Below the pieces are notes generated by a model. That model had not been told where the DNA came from. It did no database searches and worked only from the letters and a program-made list of their open reading frames with translations. The translations under genes and the position numbers were made by a program. This document shows, piece by piece, positions 19,338 through 29,281 of a stretch of DNA of 30,934 nt (positions within the stretch are counted from its first letter, which is position 1; every line of letters starts with the position of its first letter). The DNA comes from a virus. Lineage: Duplodnaviria; Heunggongvirae; Uroviricota; Caudoviricetes. The stretch lies in the IMG/VR virus record IMGVR_UViG_2526164634_000026; one strand, given 5' to 3'.

Positions 19338-21188
19338 ATGTCGATTAAACATTACGATGTTGTCAGGGCGGCGTCGCCGTCAGACCTTGCGGAAAAGCTG
19401 ACACACAAACTGAAAGAGGGCTGGCAGCCATACGGCGGACCGGTTGCCATTACGCCGTACACACTGATGCAGGCGGTGGCTATTGAAGGAGAGCCACAGG
19501 TCGGCCCTTCATCTGAGCCGGATTGGTACTACGTCATCGTACTGGCCGGGCAGTCCAATGCCATGGCTTACGGTGAAGGGCTTCCGCTGCCGGATTCATA
19601 CGATGCTCCGGATCCGCGCATTAAACAGCTGGCGCGCCGCAGTACAGTGACGCCGGGCGGGGCTGCCTGCAGATATAACGATATTATTCCGGCTGACCAC
19701 TGTCTGCATGATGTGCAGGATATGAGTACGCTGAATCATCCGAGGGCTGACCTGAGCAAAGGGCAGTACGGCTGTGTCGGTCAGGGTTTACATATTGCCA
19801 AAAAACTGCTCCCGTATATCCCGAATAACGCGGGGATCCTGCTGGTACCATGCTGTCGTGGTGGTTCGGCATTTACCCAGGGCGCGGAGGGGACATTCAG
19901 CGAGTCCACGGGGGCCAGTCAGGATTCGGCACGCTGGGGGGTGGGCAAGCCGTTATATCAGGATCTGATTTCCCGCACAAAAGCGGCATTGCAGAAAAAT
20001 CCCAAAAACGTTCTGCTGGCCGTCTGCTGGATGCAGGGTGAGTTTGACATGAGCGCCGCCACCCACGCACAGCAACCTGCGCTGTTTACAGCCATGCTGA
20101 CACAGTTTCGTGCTGACCTCTCCGTGTTTAACGCGCAGTGCCATGGTGGCAGTGCTGCAGATGTGCCGTGGGTTTGTGGTGACACGACGTATTACTGGAA
20201 AAATACATACGCTACCCAGTACGACACCGTGTACGGCGGGTATAAAAACAGGGAGAGTGAGGGCGTTTATTTTGTGCCCTTCATGACAGATGGTAACGGC
20301 GTCAATACCGCCACTAACGCGCCGGCAGAAGATCCGGATATTCCGGCATCAGGATATTACGGTGCGGCATCGAGAACGAATGGAAACCAGGTATCATCAA
20401 ACCGCCCGACACATTTCAGTTCATGGGCGCGCAGGAGCATTATTCCGGATCGTCTGGCAACCGCTATTCTGAACGCAGCCGGGCGCACCTCAGCCTTCAT
20501 CAGTGGTAAGGCACCGGAAATCAAACCCTCGCCCGGCGGCAACACGCCATCGGGTCCGTCTGCAGATACGTCCGTTCGCACAATCTCCCTGCTGCCGGCA
20601 GCCGGAGAGGCTGCTGCGCAGGGCTGGAGCATTAAGGATGGCGGAATTCAGTTGTCAGATGGTGTATTTAAGATCACCAAGCAGAGCAATAAAACCTGGT
20701 CCCTGACGCATCCGGTGGATGACGCAATTACCCTGCTGACACAGGGCGGCAGACTGACCTGTAAGTTCCGCCTGTCAGGCGCACTGACCAACAATCAGTT
20801 CGGGCTGGGGATTTATCTGTATACGGATGCTCCCGTTCCTGATGGTGTGGCGATGACGGGTACCGGTAATCCGTTCCTGATGTCGTACTTCACTCAGACC
20901 ACTGACGGCAGAGTGAATCTGATGCATCACAGGAAAGCCGGAAACACGAAGCTGGGGGAGTTCGGCGATTACGGTAACGACTGGCAGACGCTGGAGCTGG
21001 TGTTCACCGCCGGCAGTGCCACGGTTACTCCGAAACTGAATGGAGTGGCTGGCCCGGCATTCCAGGTTATAAAAGACAGTCTGACACTGGGACTGAATGC
21101 GCTGACGCTGACGGATGTTACAAAAAATGCAGCGTATGGCGTTGAGATAGAAAGTCTGATGCTGGAGATAAATGCACCGGCAGCATAA
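19338..21188 (+). CDS. nanS: Prophage 9-O-acetyl sialic acid esterase NanS-p (DUF1737 + SGNH/SASA esterase)
   Basis: 616-aa ORF; GQSN esterase motif (VLAGQSNAMAYGEG); typical of Stx-phage late regions between Q and S. Confidence 0.8.
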   Translation: MSIKHYDVVRAASPSDLAEKLTHKLKEGWQPYGGPVAITPYTLMQAVAIEGEPQVGPSSEPDWYYVIVLAGQSNAMAYGEGLPLPDSYDAPDPRIKQLARRSTVTPGGAACRYNDIIPADHCLHDVQDMSTLNHPRADLSKGQYGCVGQGLHIAKKLLPYIPNNAGILLVPCCRGGSAFTQGAEGTFSESTGASQDSARWGVGKPLYQDLISRTKAALQKNPKNVLLAVCWMQGEFDMSAATHAQQPALFTAMLTQFRADLSVFNAQCHGGSAADVPWVCGDTTYYWKNTYATQYDTVYGGYKNRESEGVYFVPFMTDGNGVNTATNAPAEDPDIPASGYYGAASRTNGNQVSSNRPTHFSSWARRSIIPDRLATAILNAAGRTSAFISGKAPEIKPSPGGNTPSGPSADTSVRTISLLPAAGEAAAQGWSIKDGGIQLSDGVFKITKQSNKTWSLTHPVDDAITLLTQGGRLTCKFRLSGALTNNQFGLGIYLYTDAPVPDGVAMTGTGNPFLMSYFTQTTDGRVNLMHHRKAGNTKLGEFGDYGNDWQTLELVFTAGSATVTPKLNGVAGPAFQVIKDSLTLGLNALTLTDVTKNAAYGVEIESLMLEINAPAA

Positions 21189-21189
21189 T

Positions 21190-21490
21190 AAAAAAAGCCA
21201 GCGACTGACCTGAAAAAGAAGACGCTGGCTAAAAGGCCTTATATGTTTGTAGAGACTTATTTTTCACAGACAGCAATGATGCCTGTCAATATATTATCAA
21301 TATGCGGATTGTTTCAGTTACAGATGCCTTATTAAGGAAAAAAACAGCCAGCACTGACTTTCGGTGGAGAGGTGCTGGCTCAAAAGGATAGATGTACTTC
21401 ACATGTTGCTTCTATATGGCAGTACATTTTCTGACAGACAGTGACGGATGTTGTCAAGATATTGTGTCATTTATAACCTGAATCAGGGGA
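21190..21490. repeat. Two tandem degenerate direct repeats of about 150 bp, each beginning with an A-run and a GCCAGC…GCTGGC stem
   Basis: Shared blocks gccagc(g)actgac, gctggct(a/c)aaaagg, acagacag…tgtcaa(t/g)atatt at 21190-21337 and 21338-21490. Confidence 0.5.
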
Positions 21491-21554
21491 GGCCGGAATG
21501 TTATCTGGCATTTTTAGCAGAGCCTGAATGCCATAATCACGGCTCCCGGCGTTG

Positions 21555-21590
21555 GCCGTCAGTGGGTGACACTGGCGGCTTTTTTGTTTT
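21555..21590 (+). terminator. Intrinsic terminator immediately upstream of the lysis cassette
   Basis: 10-bp stem (one G-U), 5-nt loop, followed by TTTTTTGTTTT. Confidence 0.55.
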
Positions 21591-21634
21591 CTTTACTTTC
21601 ATTTTCTGTCGGCGGTGACGGAGACATACATCAG

Positions 21635-21841
21635 ATGGAAAAAATCACAACAGGTGTGTCATACACCACGTCAGCGGTGGGGACGGGATACTGGTTACTG
21701 CAGCTGCTGGACAAAGTCTCTCCGTCCCAGTGGGTGGCAATAGGTGTGCTGGGAAGTCTGCTGTTTGGCCTGCTGACGTATCTGACAAATCTTTATTTCA
21801 AGATTAAAGAAGATAAGCGTAAGGCTGCGAGAGGTGAATAA
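21635..21841 (+). CDS. S: Holin S (phage-21-type pinholin, 68 aa)
   Basis: [72 protein letters not shown] Shine-Dalgarno. Confidence 0.85.
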   Translation: MEKITTGVSYTTSAVGTGYWLLQLLDKVSPSQWVAIGVLGSLLFGLLTYLTNLYFKIKEDKRKAARGE

Positions 21842-22338
21842 TGTCGCCGTCATTACGCAAGGCTGTTGCAGCTGCTATTGGTGGTGGGGCTGTTGCCATA
21901 GCGTCTGTGCTCATCACTGGTCCAGGTGGTAACGATGGTCTGGAAGGTGTCAGCTACATACCATACAAAGATATCGTTGGCGTATGGACTGTATGTCACG
22001 GACACACCGGAAAAGACATCATGCCCGGTAAAACGTATACCGAAGCAGAATGCAAAGCCCTCCTGAATAAAGACCTTGCCACGGTCGCCAGACAAATTAA
22101 CCCGTACATCAACGTCGATATACCGGAAACAACGCGCGGCGCTCTTTACTCGTTCGTTTACAACGTGGGCGCTGGCAATTTCAGAACATCGACGCTTCTT
22201 CGCAAAATAAACCAGGGCGATATCAAAAGCGCATGTGATCAGCTACGGCGCTGGACATACGCTGGCGGTAAGCAATGGAAAGGGCTGATGACTCGCCGCG
22301 AGATTGAGCGTGAAGTCTGTTTGTGGGGGCAACAATGA
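21841..22338 (+). CDS. R: SAR endolysin R (phage-21-type lysozyme with N-terminal signal-anchor-release domain)
   Basis: 165-aa ORF; start overlaps S stop; Gly/Ala-rich SAR segment then lysozyme domain. Confidence 0.9.
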   Translation: MSPSLRKAVAAAIGGGAVAIASVLITGPGGNDGLEGVSYIPYKDIVGVWTVCHGHTGKDIMPGKTYTEAECKALLNKDLATVARQINPYINVDIPETTRGALYSFVYNVGAGNFRTSTLLRKINQGDIKSACDQLRRWTYAGGKQWKGLMTRREIEREVCLWGQQ

Positions 22339-22772
22339 GCAGGGTAACCGTTATTATCTCCGCTCTGGTTATCTGCATTATCGCCTGCCTGTCATGGGCT
22401 GTTAATCTTTACCGTGATAACGCCATCGCCTACAAAGAGCAGCGCGATAAAGCCACATCCATCATCGCTGATATGCAGAAGCGGCAACGTGATGTAGCAG
22501 AACTTGACGCCAGATACACAAAGGAGCTTGCTGATGCTAATGCGACTATCGAAAGTCTCCGTGCTGATGTTTCTGCTGGGCGTAAGCGCCTGCAAGTCTT
22601 CGCCACCTGTGCAAAGTCAACGACCGGAGCCAGCAGCATGGGCGATGGAGAAAGCCCAGGACTTACAGCAGATGCTGAACTCAATTATTACCGTCTCCGA
22701 GGTGGAATCGACAAGATAACCGCGCAGGTTAACTACCTGCAGGAATACATCAGGACGCAGTGCTTAAAATAA
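22335..22772 (+). CDS. Rz: Spanin inner-membrane subunit Rz
   Basis: 145 aa from ATG 22335 (ATGA overlap with R); N-terminal TM, coiled-coil rest. Confidence 0.8.
   Translation: MSRVTVIISALVICIIACLSWAVNLYRDNAIAYKEQRDKATSIIADMQKRQRDVAELDARYTKELADANATIESLRADVSAGRKRLQVFATCAKSTTGASSMGDGESPGLTADAELNYYRLRGGIDKITAQVNYLQEYIRTQCLK
22534..22719 (+). CDS. Rz1: Spanin outer-membrane lipoprotein Rz1, embedded in Rz in the +1 frame
   Basis: AAGGAG Shine-Dalgarno 7 nt upstream; lipobox-like …LLGVSAC; proline-rich mature part. Confidence 0.65.
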   Translation: MLMRLSKVSVLMFLLGVSACKSSPPVQSQRPEPAAWAMEKAQDLQQMLNSIITVSEVESTR

Positions 22773-22990
22773 TTTTAATTTCACTGAAATTTAACAAGTG
22801 ACTTTCAGGAAAATGCCTCGCAGATGCGGGGCATTTTTGTACCGGTATTTCACCGCGCACCGCAGCGCACAATAAACACCGAACCTGACCCTTTGGAATG
22901 GGCCTTTGAGGATACCAGTTAGTGCTGGCGAGCCTCGGTGGGCTGGTTTCCTATGCGGCAAAGGTTCATTTCAAAGAAGCAGGCAACGCC

Positions 22991-23539
22991 ATGAATGAAT
23001 TAATTGCGAATCATGACTTCGACTTTCGCCAGTTAGTTACCGCAGCAGAAGGTCAACCGGTAACTGACACCTTCCAGATTGCCAGGGCATTTGGTAAACG
23101 CCATCAGCATGTGATTAGGGCTATTAAATGTTTGAGATGTTCTGAGGAATTCTCGACAACCCATTTTTGGGCCGTCGAGAAAATCAATGACTTAGGTATT
23201 TTTGACAAGAAACAGATTTACTACCGCATGGACTTTAGTGGCTTCGTTATGCTGGTTATGGGATTTAACGGGGCAAAAGCCGATGCTGTTAAAGAAGCCT
23301 ATATCAATGCGTTTAACTGGATGTCAGCAGAACTCCGTAAGTACAGCGAAAGTTATGAAGCAGAACGTAACGCCGTAATGCTGGAGTACATGAAAGAGAA
23401 GGATGTCGCCAGCATGTCAGGCCGTCTGCTCAATCGCTGGGGGAGAACGAAAAAACCTCAATTGCTTGCAAAGCTGGAACGTCTGGAGAGACAGGGACAG
23501 TTTTTATTACCGGGATTCGATAAAGGTATTCAAGCCTGA
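22991..23539 (+). CDS. Rha-family phage regulatory protein; track ORF opens at 22922
   Basis: Rha-domain signature QPVTDTFQIARAFGKRHQHVIRAI. Confidence 0.7.
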   Translation: MNELIANHDFDFRQLVTAAEGQPVTDTFQIARAFGKRHQHVIRAIKCLRCSEEFSTTHFWAVEKINDLGIFDKKQIYYRMDFSGFVMLVMGFNGAKADAVKEAYINAFNWMSAELRKYSESYEAERNAVMLEYMKEKDVASMSGRLLNRWGRTKKPQLLAKLERLERQGQFLLPGFDKGIQA

Positions 23540-23726
23540 CACATTATGCGCTGTATCGTCGCCGTATTCCCGCATTAACCATGACCGTAGCCCGACGGGG
23601 AATTCCTTCTGCGTGAGTGTGCGGGAATAATCAAAAACGATGCACACCGGGTTTTACTGTGCTGACAGACGCAGGGTTACCCTCATAGTCGCTTTTCCGG
23701 TGCGATGGTGGAAGAAACCGGGATGT

Positions 23727-23921
23727 TCATCCATCATCACTTTGGATTGATGTATATGCTCTCTTTTCTGACGTTAGTCTCCGACGGCAGGCTTCAATGA
23801 CCCAGGCTGAGAAATTCCCAGACCCTTTTTGCTCAAGAGCGATGTTAATTTGTTCAATCATTTGGTTAGGAAAGCGGATGTTGCGGGTTGTTTTTCTGCG
23901 GGTTCTGTTCTTCGTTGACAT
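23727..23921 (-). CDS. YlcI-like small protein (DUF3950)
   Basis: 64-aa ORF resembling cryptic-prophage YlcI (…NIRFPNQMIEQINIALEQKGSGNFSAWVIEACRRRL…), from memory. Confidence 0.55.
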   Translation of the reverse strand: MSTKNRTRRKTTRNIRFPNQMIEQINIALEQKGSGNFSAWVIEACRRRLTSEKRAYTSIQSDDG

Positions 23922-24120
23922 GAGGTTGCCCCGTATTCAGTGTCGCTGATTTGTATTGTCTGAAGTTGTTTTTACGTTAAGTTGATGCAGATCAATTAAT
24001 ACGATACCTGCGTCATAATTAATTATTTGACGTGGTTTGATGGCGTAGATGCACGTTGTGACATGTAGATGATAATTATTATCATTTTGCGGGTCCTTTC
24101 CGGCGATCCGACAGGTTACG

Positions 24121-24132
24121 GGGCGGCGACCT
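24121..24132. other. cos: cosN (12-nt cohesive-end sequence GGGCGGCGACCT), with lambda cosQ-side sequence upstream
   Basis: Exact lambda left-end start GGGCGGCGACCTCGCGGGTTTTCGCTATTTATGAAAATTTTCCGG preceded by lambda right-end sequence …CCGGCGATCCGACAGGTTACG. Confidence 0.85.
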
Positions 24133-24169
24133 CGCGGGTTTTCGCTATTTATGAAAATTTTCCGGGATC

Positions 24170-24268
24170 CATGTCCGGTTTCTCTGCAAGTTAACTATAT
24201 GAAAAATATAAAAACAGGCTGTCCGTGAACCGGACATGTGCAAAAAACGGACATGTAAACCGGACATG
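24170..24268. repeat. cosB-like array: CGGACATG repeated three times directly and once inverted, with an AT-rich spacer (possible IHF site)
   Basis: catgtccg 24170-24177 (inverted); cggacatg 24231-24238, 24249-24256, 24261-24268; diverges from lambda cosB (CGTTTCC R sites). Confidence 0.5.
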
Positions 24269-24315
24269 ACCGGTTTTGTTGTGATTGTGAGGTGAGAGTT
24301 TTTGCGAGGTGAGGA

Positions 24316-24510
24316 GTGGCTACGCAGACTGAAGTTGCCAGGCATTTAAGTCTGACCGATCGCCAGCTTCGCAGATTGCAGAAATTGCCGGGTGCCCCGA
24401 TATCGAATAAGCGAGGGCAACTGGATCTGGATGCCTGGCGCGATTTTTACATATCGTATCTGAGGAGAAGTAAAAACGATGTGCCTGATGGCGATAGCGA
24501 AGACGACTAA
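24316..24510 (+). pseudogene. Terminase small-subunit (Nu1/Noh-like) N-terminal fragment, 64 codons, GTG start
   Basis: HTH-like N-terminus (EVARHLSLTDRQLRRLQKLPGAPIS) directly downstream of cosB; far shorter than Nu1-type proteins. Confidence 0.5.
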
Positions 24511-24588
24511 AGCGCGCAAAATCATTTGATACCGTTTTGAATTTTTTTGGATACCACCCAAAACGGCACAACGAAAAATTATTTGATA

Positions 24589-25326
24589 CTAATCGGGAGT
24601 GCTTTTAGGGTATGGTTGAACCCTGAATAGCTTAGTATTTAGCCGCTTCCTTGCTCGCTTGTTCAGGAACCTGATGTAGCGATACTGATTAAATTTGTGC
24701 ACCACGGCACGCTCTTTATTAGCCCGTAAATACACGCCTCGTTGTCCACCTCGCTTAATCGCGTTCATCGTTATCTCGTGATACCACTCACCATCCAGCT
24801 CGTAGAACGTGCTTTCATGGCTGCCAATAAAATCAAAATTCGACGCCTGATACACAACGCCTGCGCGTCCGCAGCGTTCGTCAGCAAAGGACTGAACCCA
24901 CTCCACTGACGGATACAGTAACCTTATGGTTTTCAGTGCATAACTGATGGCCCGAGATTCAGAGTTGCGGGGCATGTTGTCGTGTAGCCACATGCGGTTC
25001 AACTCCATATAGCCCCGGTTATCCGTTTCAAGCACGACACGACGACCTGAGTTGGGGTTAAGGGCATATCCCCACTGGAGAACGCCAACCAGATCGCGTC
25101 CGCTGAATACTCCCAGGTGGAGGTAAGAGTTATTCACAAAACGGCGGGAATAGTGCTTTGTCTGAATAATTGTGCGGGCCAGCCAGCAGGATATGGTTTC
25201 AACGCGCAGCTCCTTTGAACCATAGCCAACAATCTGGCCTTCATACTCAATAACGCACGGTTTCGTCAGAATGCGTGATTTTTTCTCTTTTCCCACAATG
25301 TTTCTCCGTGGGATGCTCGCAGGCAT
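24589..25326 (-). CDS. mom: Mom DNA-modification protein (Mu-type); start codon uncertain
   Basis: 245-aa track ORF overlapping the com 3' end, recognised as Mu Mom from memory. Confidence 0.75.
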   Translation of the reverse strand: MPASIPRRNIVGKEKKSRILTKPCVIEYEGQIVGYGSKELRVETISCWLARTIIQTKHYSRRFVNNSYLHLGVFSGRDLVGVLQWGYALNPNSGRRVVLETDNRGYMELNRMWLHDNMPRNSESRAISYALKTIRLLYPSVEWVQSFADERCGRAGVVYQASNFDFIGSHESTFYELDGEWYHEITMNAIKRGGQRGVYLRANKERAVVHKFNQYRYIRFLNKRARKRLNTKLFRVQPYPKSTPD

Positions 25327-25435
25327 TCAGCATTATGATGTGACGTTTGCAACGCGGACACCTGATTTCAATGTGATCAAAGGAATCCGCCTTAAATAAC
25401 AGTTTGTTGCAGTTTTTACAGCGAATTGATTTCAT
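25247..25435 (-). CDS. com: Com zinc-finger translational activator of mom (Mu-type)
   Basis: 62-aa [44 protein letters not shown]…; C4 zinc finger; GGAG Shine-Dalgarno. Confidence 0.8.
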   Translation of the reverse strand: MKSIRCKNCNKLLFKADSFDHIEIRCPRCKRHIIMLNACEHPTEKHCGKREKITHSDETVRY

Positions 25436-25509
25436 CTCACCTCCTTTGCATCAATTCGCCACTATCTTAAAAAACATCATGGGTTGAGTGTGGTTATTGA
25501 GACATAATC

Positions 25510-25544
25510 GATCTGTATTACCGATCGATTTGATTGATTCGATC
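25510..25544. promoter_or_regulatory. Cluster of three GATC (Dam) sites upstream of com-mom
   Basis: GATC at 25510-25513, 25523-25526, 25541-25544; in Mu, Dam methylation of such a cluster relieves OxyR repression of the mom promoter. Confidence 0.5.
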
Positions 25545-26111
25545 GTCGTTTTCTATATGCGTTCGTTTCGCGGGGTGTTTTTTATACAGAGTTGACAGGG
25601 CCACATCGTAGATCAATGCAACCTGCTTGCGGGGGATTCCTTGTGCTAATAAACGCCCGGCCTGCTCCCATTCCGCTTTGGTTAGTTTAGGTGGTCGCCC
25701 ACCAATACGGCCTTTATTTCTGGCGGCAGCAAGTCCAGCCATCGTTCGCTCGATGATTAGTTCTCGTTCCATCTCAGCCAGGGCACCCATAACGTGGAAG
25801 AAAAAACGCCCCATTGGAGATGACGTATCAATACTGTCAGTAAGACTGCGAAAATTAATCCCTCGCTCTCGTAATTCCCCTACGAGAGAAATCAAATGTT
25901 TCATGCTTCGCCCGAGGCGATCCAGTTTCCAGACAACAAGTGTGTCACCTTTTTGAAGGCGCTTTAAAGCGCGTTTTAATCCAGGTCTGTCTGTCCTTGT
26001 TCCGCTTAATTTATCTTCAAATATTTGTTCACATCCTGCACAAACAAGAGCGTTTCGTTGCAGGTCTGTATTCTGGTCATTTGTTGATACCCTTACATAG
26101 CCAATCAGCAC
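25518..26111 (-). CDS. gin: Serine DNA invertase Gin (Gin/Pin/Hin/Cin family), GTG start
   Basis: 197-aa ORF MLIGYVRVSTNDQNTDLQRNALVCAGCEQIFEDKLSGTRTDRPGLKRALKRLQKGDTLVVWKLDRLGRS…; catalytic Ser in YVRVSTNDQ. Confidence 0.9.
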   Translation of the reverse strand: MLIGYVRVSTNDQNTDLQRNALVCAGCEQIFEDKLSGTRTDRPGLKRALKRLQKGDTLVVWKLDRLGRSMKHLISLVGELRERGINFRSLTDSIDTSSPMGRFFFHVMGALAEMERELIIERTMAGLAAARNKGRIGGRPPKLTKAEWEQAGRLLAQGIPRKQVALIYDVALSTLYKKHPAKRTHIENDDRINQIDR

Positions 26112-26190
26112 TCTGGATCTCCCGTTTAAAAGCGCAAATCATGCCATGCAGGCCGGAAACAGCCATTATCTAAAACCTCGGTTTACAGGA
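25772..26190. repeat. Left arm of about 420-bp inverted repeat (gix site plus the 5' half of gin)
   Basis: Reverse complement matches 29256-29676 at high identity. Confidence 0.75.
26165..26190. other. gix: gix-type recombination crossover site (left)
   Basis: TTATCTAAAACCTCGGTTTACAGGAA matches the Gin/Hin-family 26-bp site pattern. Confidence 0.75.
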
Positions 26191-26236
26191 AACGGTAAAC
26201 AAGGCTGGTAACGCTGTTCAAAAGACAGGCGATACC

Positions 26237-27217
26237 TTGTCCGGTGGACTTACTTTTGAAAACGACTCAATCCTTGCCTGGATTCGAAATACTGACTGGG
26301 CGAAGATTGGTTTTAAAAATGATGCCGACAGCGACACTGATTCATACATGTGGTTTGAAACAGGCGACAACGGCAATGAATATTTCAAATGGAGAAGCAA
26401 ACAAAGCACCACAACAAAAGACCTGATGAATCTTAAATGGGATGCTTTGTCTGTTCTTGTTAAAGCCCTTTTCAGCAGTGAAGTAAAAATATCGACAGTC
26501 AATGCACTGAGGATATTTAATTCATCTTTTGGTGCCATTTTTCGCCGTTCTGAAGAATGCCTGCATATCATCCCTACACGAGAGAACGAGGGAGAAAATG
26601 GTGATATAGGGCCACTACGCCCCTTTACGCTTAATCTCAGAACTGGTCGGATAAGCATGGGGCATGGTCTGGATGTTACAGGAGATATAACAACTAACGC
26701 CTGGGTTTATGCAAACAGGTTTGCTATTAACAGCAGTAATGGTATGTGGATTCAGATGCGCGATAACAACGCTATCTTTGGGAAAAATATAGTTAACACT
26801 GATAGCGCCCAGGCATTGCTACGTCAGGACCATGCTGATCGCAAATTTATGATTGGTGGTCTGGGTAATAAGCAATTTGGCATCTACATGATTAATAATT
26901 CAAGGACAGCCAATGGCACCGATGGTCAGGCGTACATGGATAATAACGGAAACTGGCTTTGCGGTGCGCAAGTTATTCCCGGCAACTATGGCAATTTTGA
27001 TTCCAGATATGTGAAAGATGTTCGACTTGGTTCACAGCAATATTATGGAGTGAACAACTGGCAAACATGGAATTTCCAGTGCCCGTCAGGTCATGTATTG
27101 TCTGGTATTAATGTTCAGGATACAGGGTCCAACTCTGCCGATAATATAGCGGGCGTTTATTACAGACCCGTTCAAAAGTATATAAATGGCACCTGGTATA
27201 ATGTAGCGAGCGTTTAA
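26237..27217 (+). CDS. Tail-fibre variable C-terminal exon A (S-variable type); frame open from 26198, no constant-part exon upstream
   Basis: 326-aa track ORF (TTG start); ends …[11 protein letters not shown]; in-frame stop at 26195-26197 just after gix. Confidence 0.65.
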   Translation: MSGGLTFENDSILAWIRNTDWAKIGFKNDADSDTDSYMWFETGDNGNEYFKWRSKQSTTTKDLMNLKWDALSVLVKALFSSEVKISTVNALRIFNSSFGAIFRRSEECLHIIPTRENEGENGDIGPLRPFTLNLRTGRISMGHGLDVTGDITTNAWVYANRFAINSSNGMWIQMRDNNAIFGKNIVNTDSAQALLRQDHADRKFMIGGLGNKQFGIYMINNSRTANGTDGQAYMDNNGNWLCGAQVIPGNYGNFDSRYVKDVRLGSQQYYGVNNWQTWNFQCPSGHVLSGINVQDTGSNSADNIAGVYYRPVQKYINGTWYNVASV

Positions 27218-27218
27218 T

Positions 27219-27746
27219 ATGATGCACTTAAAGAACATAAAAGCGGGTAACGCTAAAACACTGGAACAGTATGAGTTAACAAAGAAACACGGAGTTATCT
27301 GGCTTTACTCTGAGGACGGAAAAAACTGGTATGAGGAAGTGAAAAACTTTCAGCCAGACACAATAAAGATTGTTTACGATGCAAATAATATTATTGTCGC
27401 CATCACTAAAGATGCCTCCACGCTTAACCCTGAAGGTTTTAGCGTCGTTGAGGTTCCCGATATAACAGCCAACCGCCGCGCTGATGATTCAGGAAAGTGG
27501 ATGTTTAAGGATGGAGCTGTAGTTAAACGGATTTATACAGCAGACGAACAGCAACAACAGGCCGAATCACAAAAGGCCGTATTGCTTTCCGAAGCTGAAT
27601 CAGTCATCCAGCCGCTGGAACGCGCTGTCAGGCTGAATATGGCAACAGACGAGGAACGCACACGACTGGAAGCATGGGAACGCTACAGTGTTCTGGTCAG
27701 CCGTGTGGATACGGCAAATCCTGAATGGCCACAAAAGCCTGAATAA
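27219..27746 (+). CDS. Tail-fibre assembly chaperone (Mu U-type)
   Basis: 175-aa [43 protein letters not shown]…. Confidence 0.8.
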   Translation: MMHLKNIKAGNAKTLEQYELTKKHGVIWLYSEDGKNWYEEVKNFQPDTIKIVYDANNIIVAITKDASTLNPEGFSVVEVPDITANRRADDSGKWMFKDGAVVKRIYTADEQQQQAESQKAVLLSEAESVIQPLERAVRLNMATDEERTRLEAWERYSVLVSRVDTANPEWPQKPE

Positions 27747-27751
27747 AAATT

Positions 27752-27771
27752 AAGGCCCGCTATCGGGCCTT
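27752..27771. terminator. Bidirectional hairpin between the convergent chaperone genes at the centre of the invertible segment
   Basis: 8-bp stem AAGGCCCG/CGGGCCTT, 4-nt loop, A/T runs on both sides. Confidence 0.55.
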
Positions 27772-27774
27772 GTC

Positions 27775-28308
27775 TCATTCAGGTTGTTCGGGAAATGTTA
27801 CTGGCAGGCTGGAGGTGTCTGTAGATTCGACTTTCTGCGCATAGAGCATCCACTCAGTTAATTTTTGTTTATTCTCGTCGGAAATGATGCCCAGCCGTAG
27901 CTGTGAGTCCCATAGCTGGGTTTTATCCCTGACAAGTTGCAACAGGCTTTGCTTTTCATTCTCTGCCTGCTGCCTCTGTTCCTCCTCGGTATAAGTTCGC
28001 TTTATCACTACGCCATCTTTGAACATCCATTTACCCGAAATATCAGCCCGGCGATTTGCTGTAATATCAGGAACCTCAACGACGCTTGCGCCTTCTGGAT
28101 TAATTGCTGAAACATCCTTTTCAATACAAATAATAACGTTGTTGTGGTCATAGACCATTTTCAACGTATCAGGCTGAAAGTTCTTTTGTTCCTCATACCA
28201 GTTTTTCCCATCCTCTGTATAAAGCCATTTGATGTTAAATTGTTTCGTTAGCTGGTATTGCTCTTTTGTTTTAGGATTGCCAGCAGTAATATTTTTTAAG
28301 TGCATCAT
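27775..28308 (-). CDS. Alternative tail-fibre assembly chaperone (Mu U'-type)
   Basis: 177-aa ORF; N-terminal about 100 aa closely similar to the chaperone at 27219, C-terminus diverged. Confidence 0.8.
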   Translation of the reverse strand: MMHLKNITAGNPKTKEQYQLTKQFNIKWLYTEDGKNWYEEQKNFQPDTLKMVYDHNNVIICIEKDVSAINPEGASVVEVPDITANRRADISGKWMFKDGVVIKRTYTEEEQRQQAENEKQSLLQLVRDKTQLWDSQLRLGIISDENKQKLTEWMLYAQKVESTDTSSLPVTFPEQPE

Positions 28309-28310
28309 AA

Positions 28311-29054
28311 TTAAATACTCCCTGCGTTATACCACGTTCCATTAATGCAATACTGAATTGGCCTTGCCTGAGTTGTATCAATTAATTCATCACGGTTTCC
28401 GTTAACTGAACCAGTAACGACATAACCTGACCTGTCAGACCAGCCAGGACCATTCCATGTCTGAACAGATGACAGACCGCCAAGGCGAATACCTGTAATA
28501 AACCTTGAGTTACATTCTGCCTGCGTATATGCACCAACATCTCCCGCAGAGGGTTTGCGTGTTGTGGTGTAAAACTCTGACCAGTTAGCTTCAAAGCCAT
28601 AACCATCACGCGCTGAACGATAAAAGATACCGCCATTTCTGTAATTCACGCGGAACTGTACAGCAGGGCAACTCCCCGCATTCATATTAAAGTGGAGGAT
28701 TAATGTCGATGCGCCACTGATATCTGCATTATAAACGCCGCTATTCCAGTTCCATCCAACAGCTTTGTCATTTCCAACAGTGCTTCCTGTCTGCCCTAAA
28801 GCAAATGCAGGCTGCTGGTTTTTCGTGTTGTAGTCTCGTCGCCAGCCAGGAGCATAAGCATCACCATGATTAATATAGGTGAATTGAGCGTTAGTAATTC
28901 CGCCACCGCTGGATGTACTCGGCGTAGTAACGCGTATGGTCATTGCGCCGCGAGTGCCAATAACTTCCACCACAGCACCTGCAAGACAAATATTTCCGCA
29001 ACCTGTATCTGTAATGACCTTATTGTTTGCATAAGCCCATGAGCCTTTGCACAT
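28311..29054 (-). CDS. Tail-fibre variable C-terminal exon B (S'-variable type); frame open upstream to a stop inside gix (29274-29276)
   Basis: 247-aa track ORF; ends …[11 protein letters not shown] like exon A; hand translation shows the open frame continues to the gix site. Confidence 0.65.
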   Translation of the reverse strand: MCKGSWAYANNKVITDTGCGNICLAGAVVEVIGTRGAMTIRVTTPSTSSGGGITNAQFTYINHGDAYAPGWRRDYNTKNQQPAFALGQTGSTVGNDKAVGWNWNSGVYNADISGASTLILHFNMNAGSCPAVQFRVNYRNGGIFYRSARDGYGFEANWSEFYTTTRKPSAGDVGAYTQAECNSRFITGIRLGGLSSVQTWNGPGWSDRSGYVVTGSVNGNRDELIDTTQARPIQYCINGTWYNAGSI

Positions 29055-29255
29055 CCAGTAAGGATGGTTAAATGCCCCCTGACTCTCCAGCCACGAAATG
29101 AATTGTGCGGTTGTCCAGGTCTGACTATCGCCACCAATATTCAGCCATGCGCTATATGCGCGGCAGGCACCAATATTTTTGGTGAAGGTATCTTTTCCTG
29201 GAATATCTGCGCCGTTCTGTTTTTTCTGTAATGCACCAGAAGCCTGATTTACCGT

Positions 29256-29281
29256 TTCCTGTAAACCGAGGTTTTAGATAA
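29256..29281. other. gix: gix-type recombination crossover site (right, inverted)
   Basis: TTCCTGTAAACCGAGGTTTTAGATAA, inverted copy of the left site. Confidence 0.75.

Larger units (their letters stand above)
26165..29281. mobile_element. G-type invertible segment (gix to gix, about 3.1 kb) with two convergent tail-fibre C-terminal exon plus chaperone sets
   Basis: Inverted gix sites bracket Sv-U and U'-S'v arranged head to head, as in the Mu G segment. Confidence 0.75.

Noticed and set aside
19684-20706. Multiple 60-90-aa track ORFs on both strands within nanS-p
   Set aside because: Embedded in a continuous 616-aa ORF with esterase motifs; high GC produces spurious open frames.
21566-21634. 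N-terminal extension of the holin ORF (track start at 21566)
   Set aside because: Extension begins inside the upstream terminator hairpin; the ATG at 21635 has a Shine-Dalgarno and gives the canonical 68-aa S21-type holin.
24511-24588. Mu right-end (attR) terminal sequence adjacent to mom
   Set aside because: Looked for the Mu R1 terminal motif and 5'-TG…CA-3' terminus; not found, so a complete Mu insertion is not supported by what is visible.
28382-29137. Track ORFs 28382..28636 and 28940..29137 on the minus strand
   Set aside because: Out-of-frame overlaps of the tail-fibre exon B reading frame.
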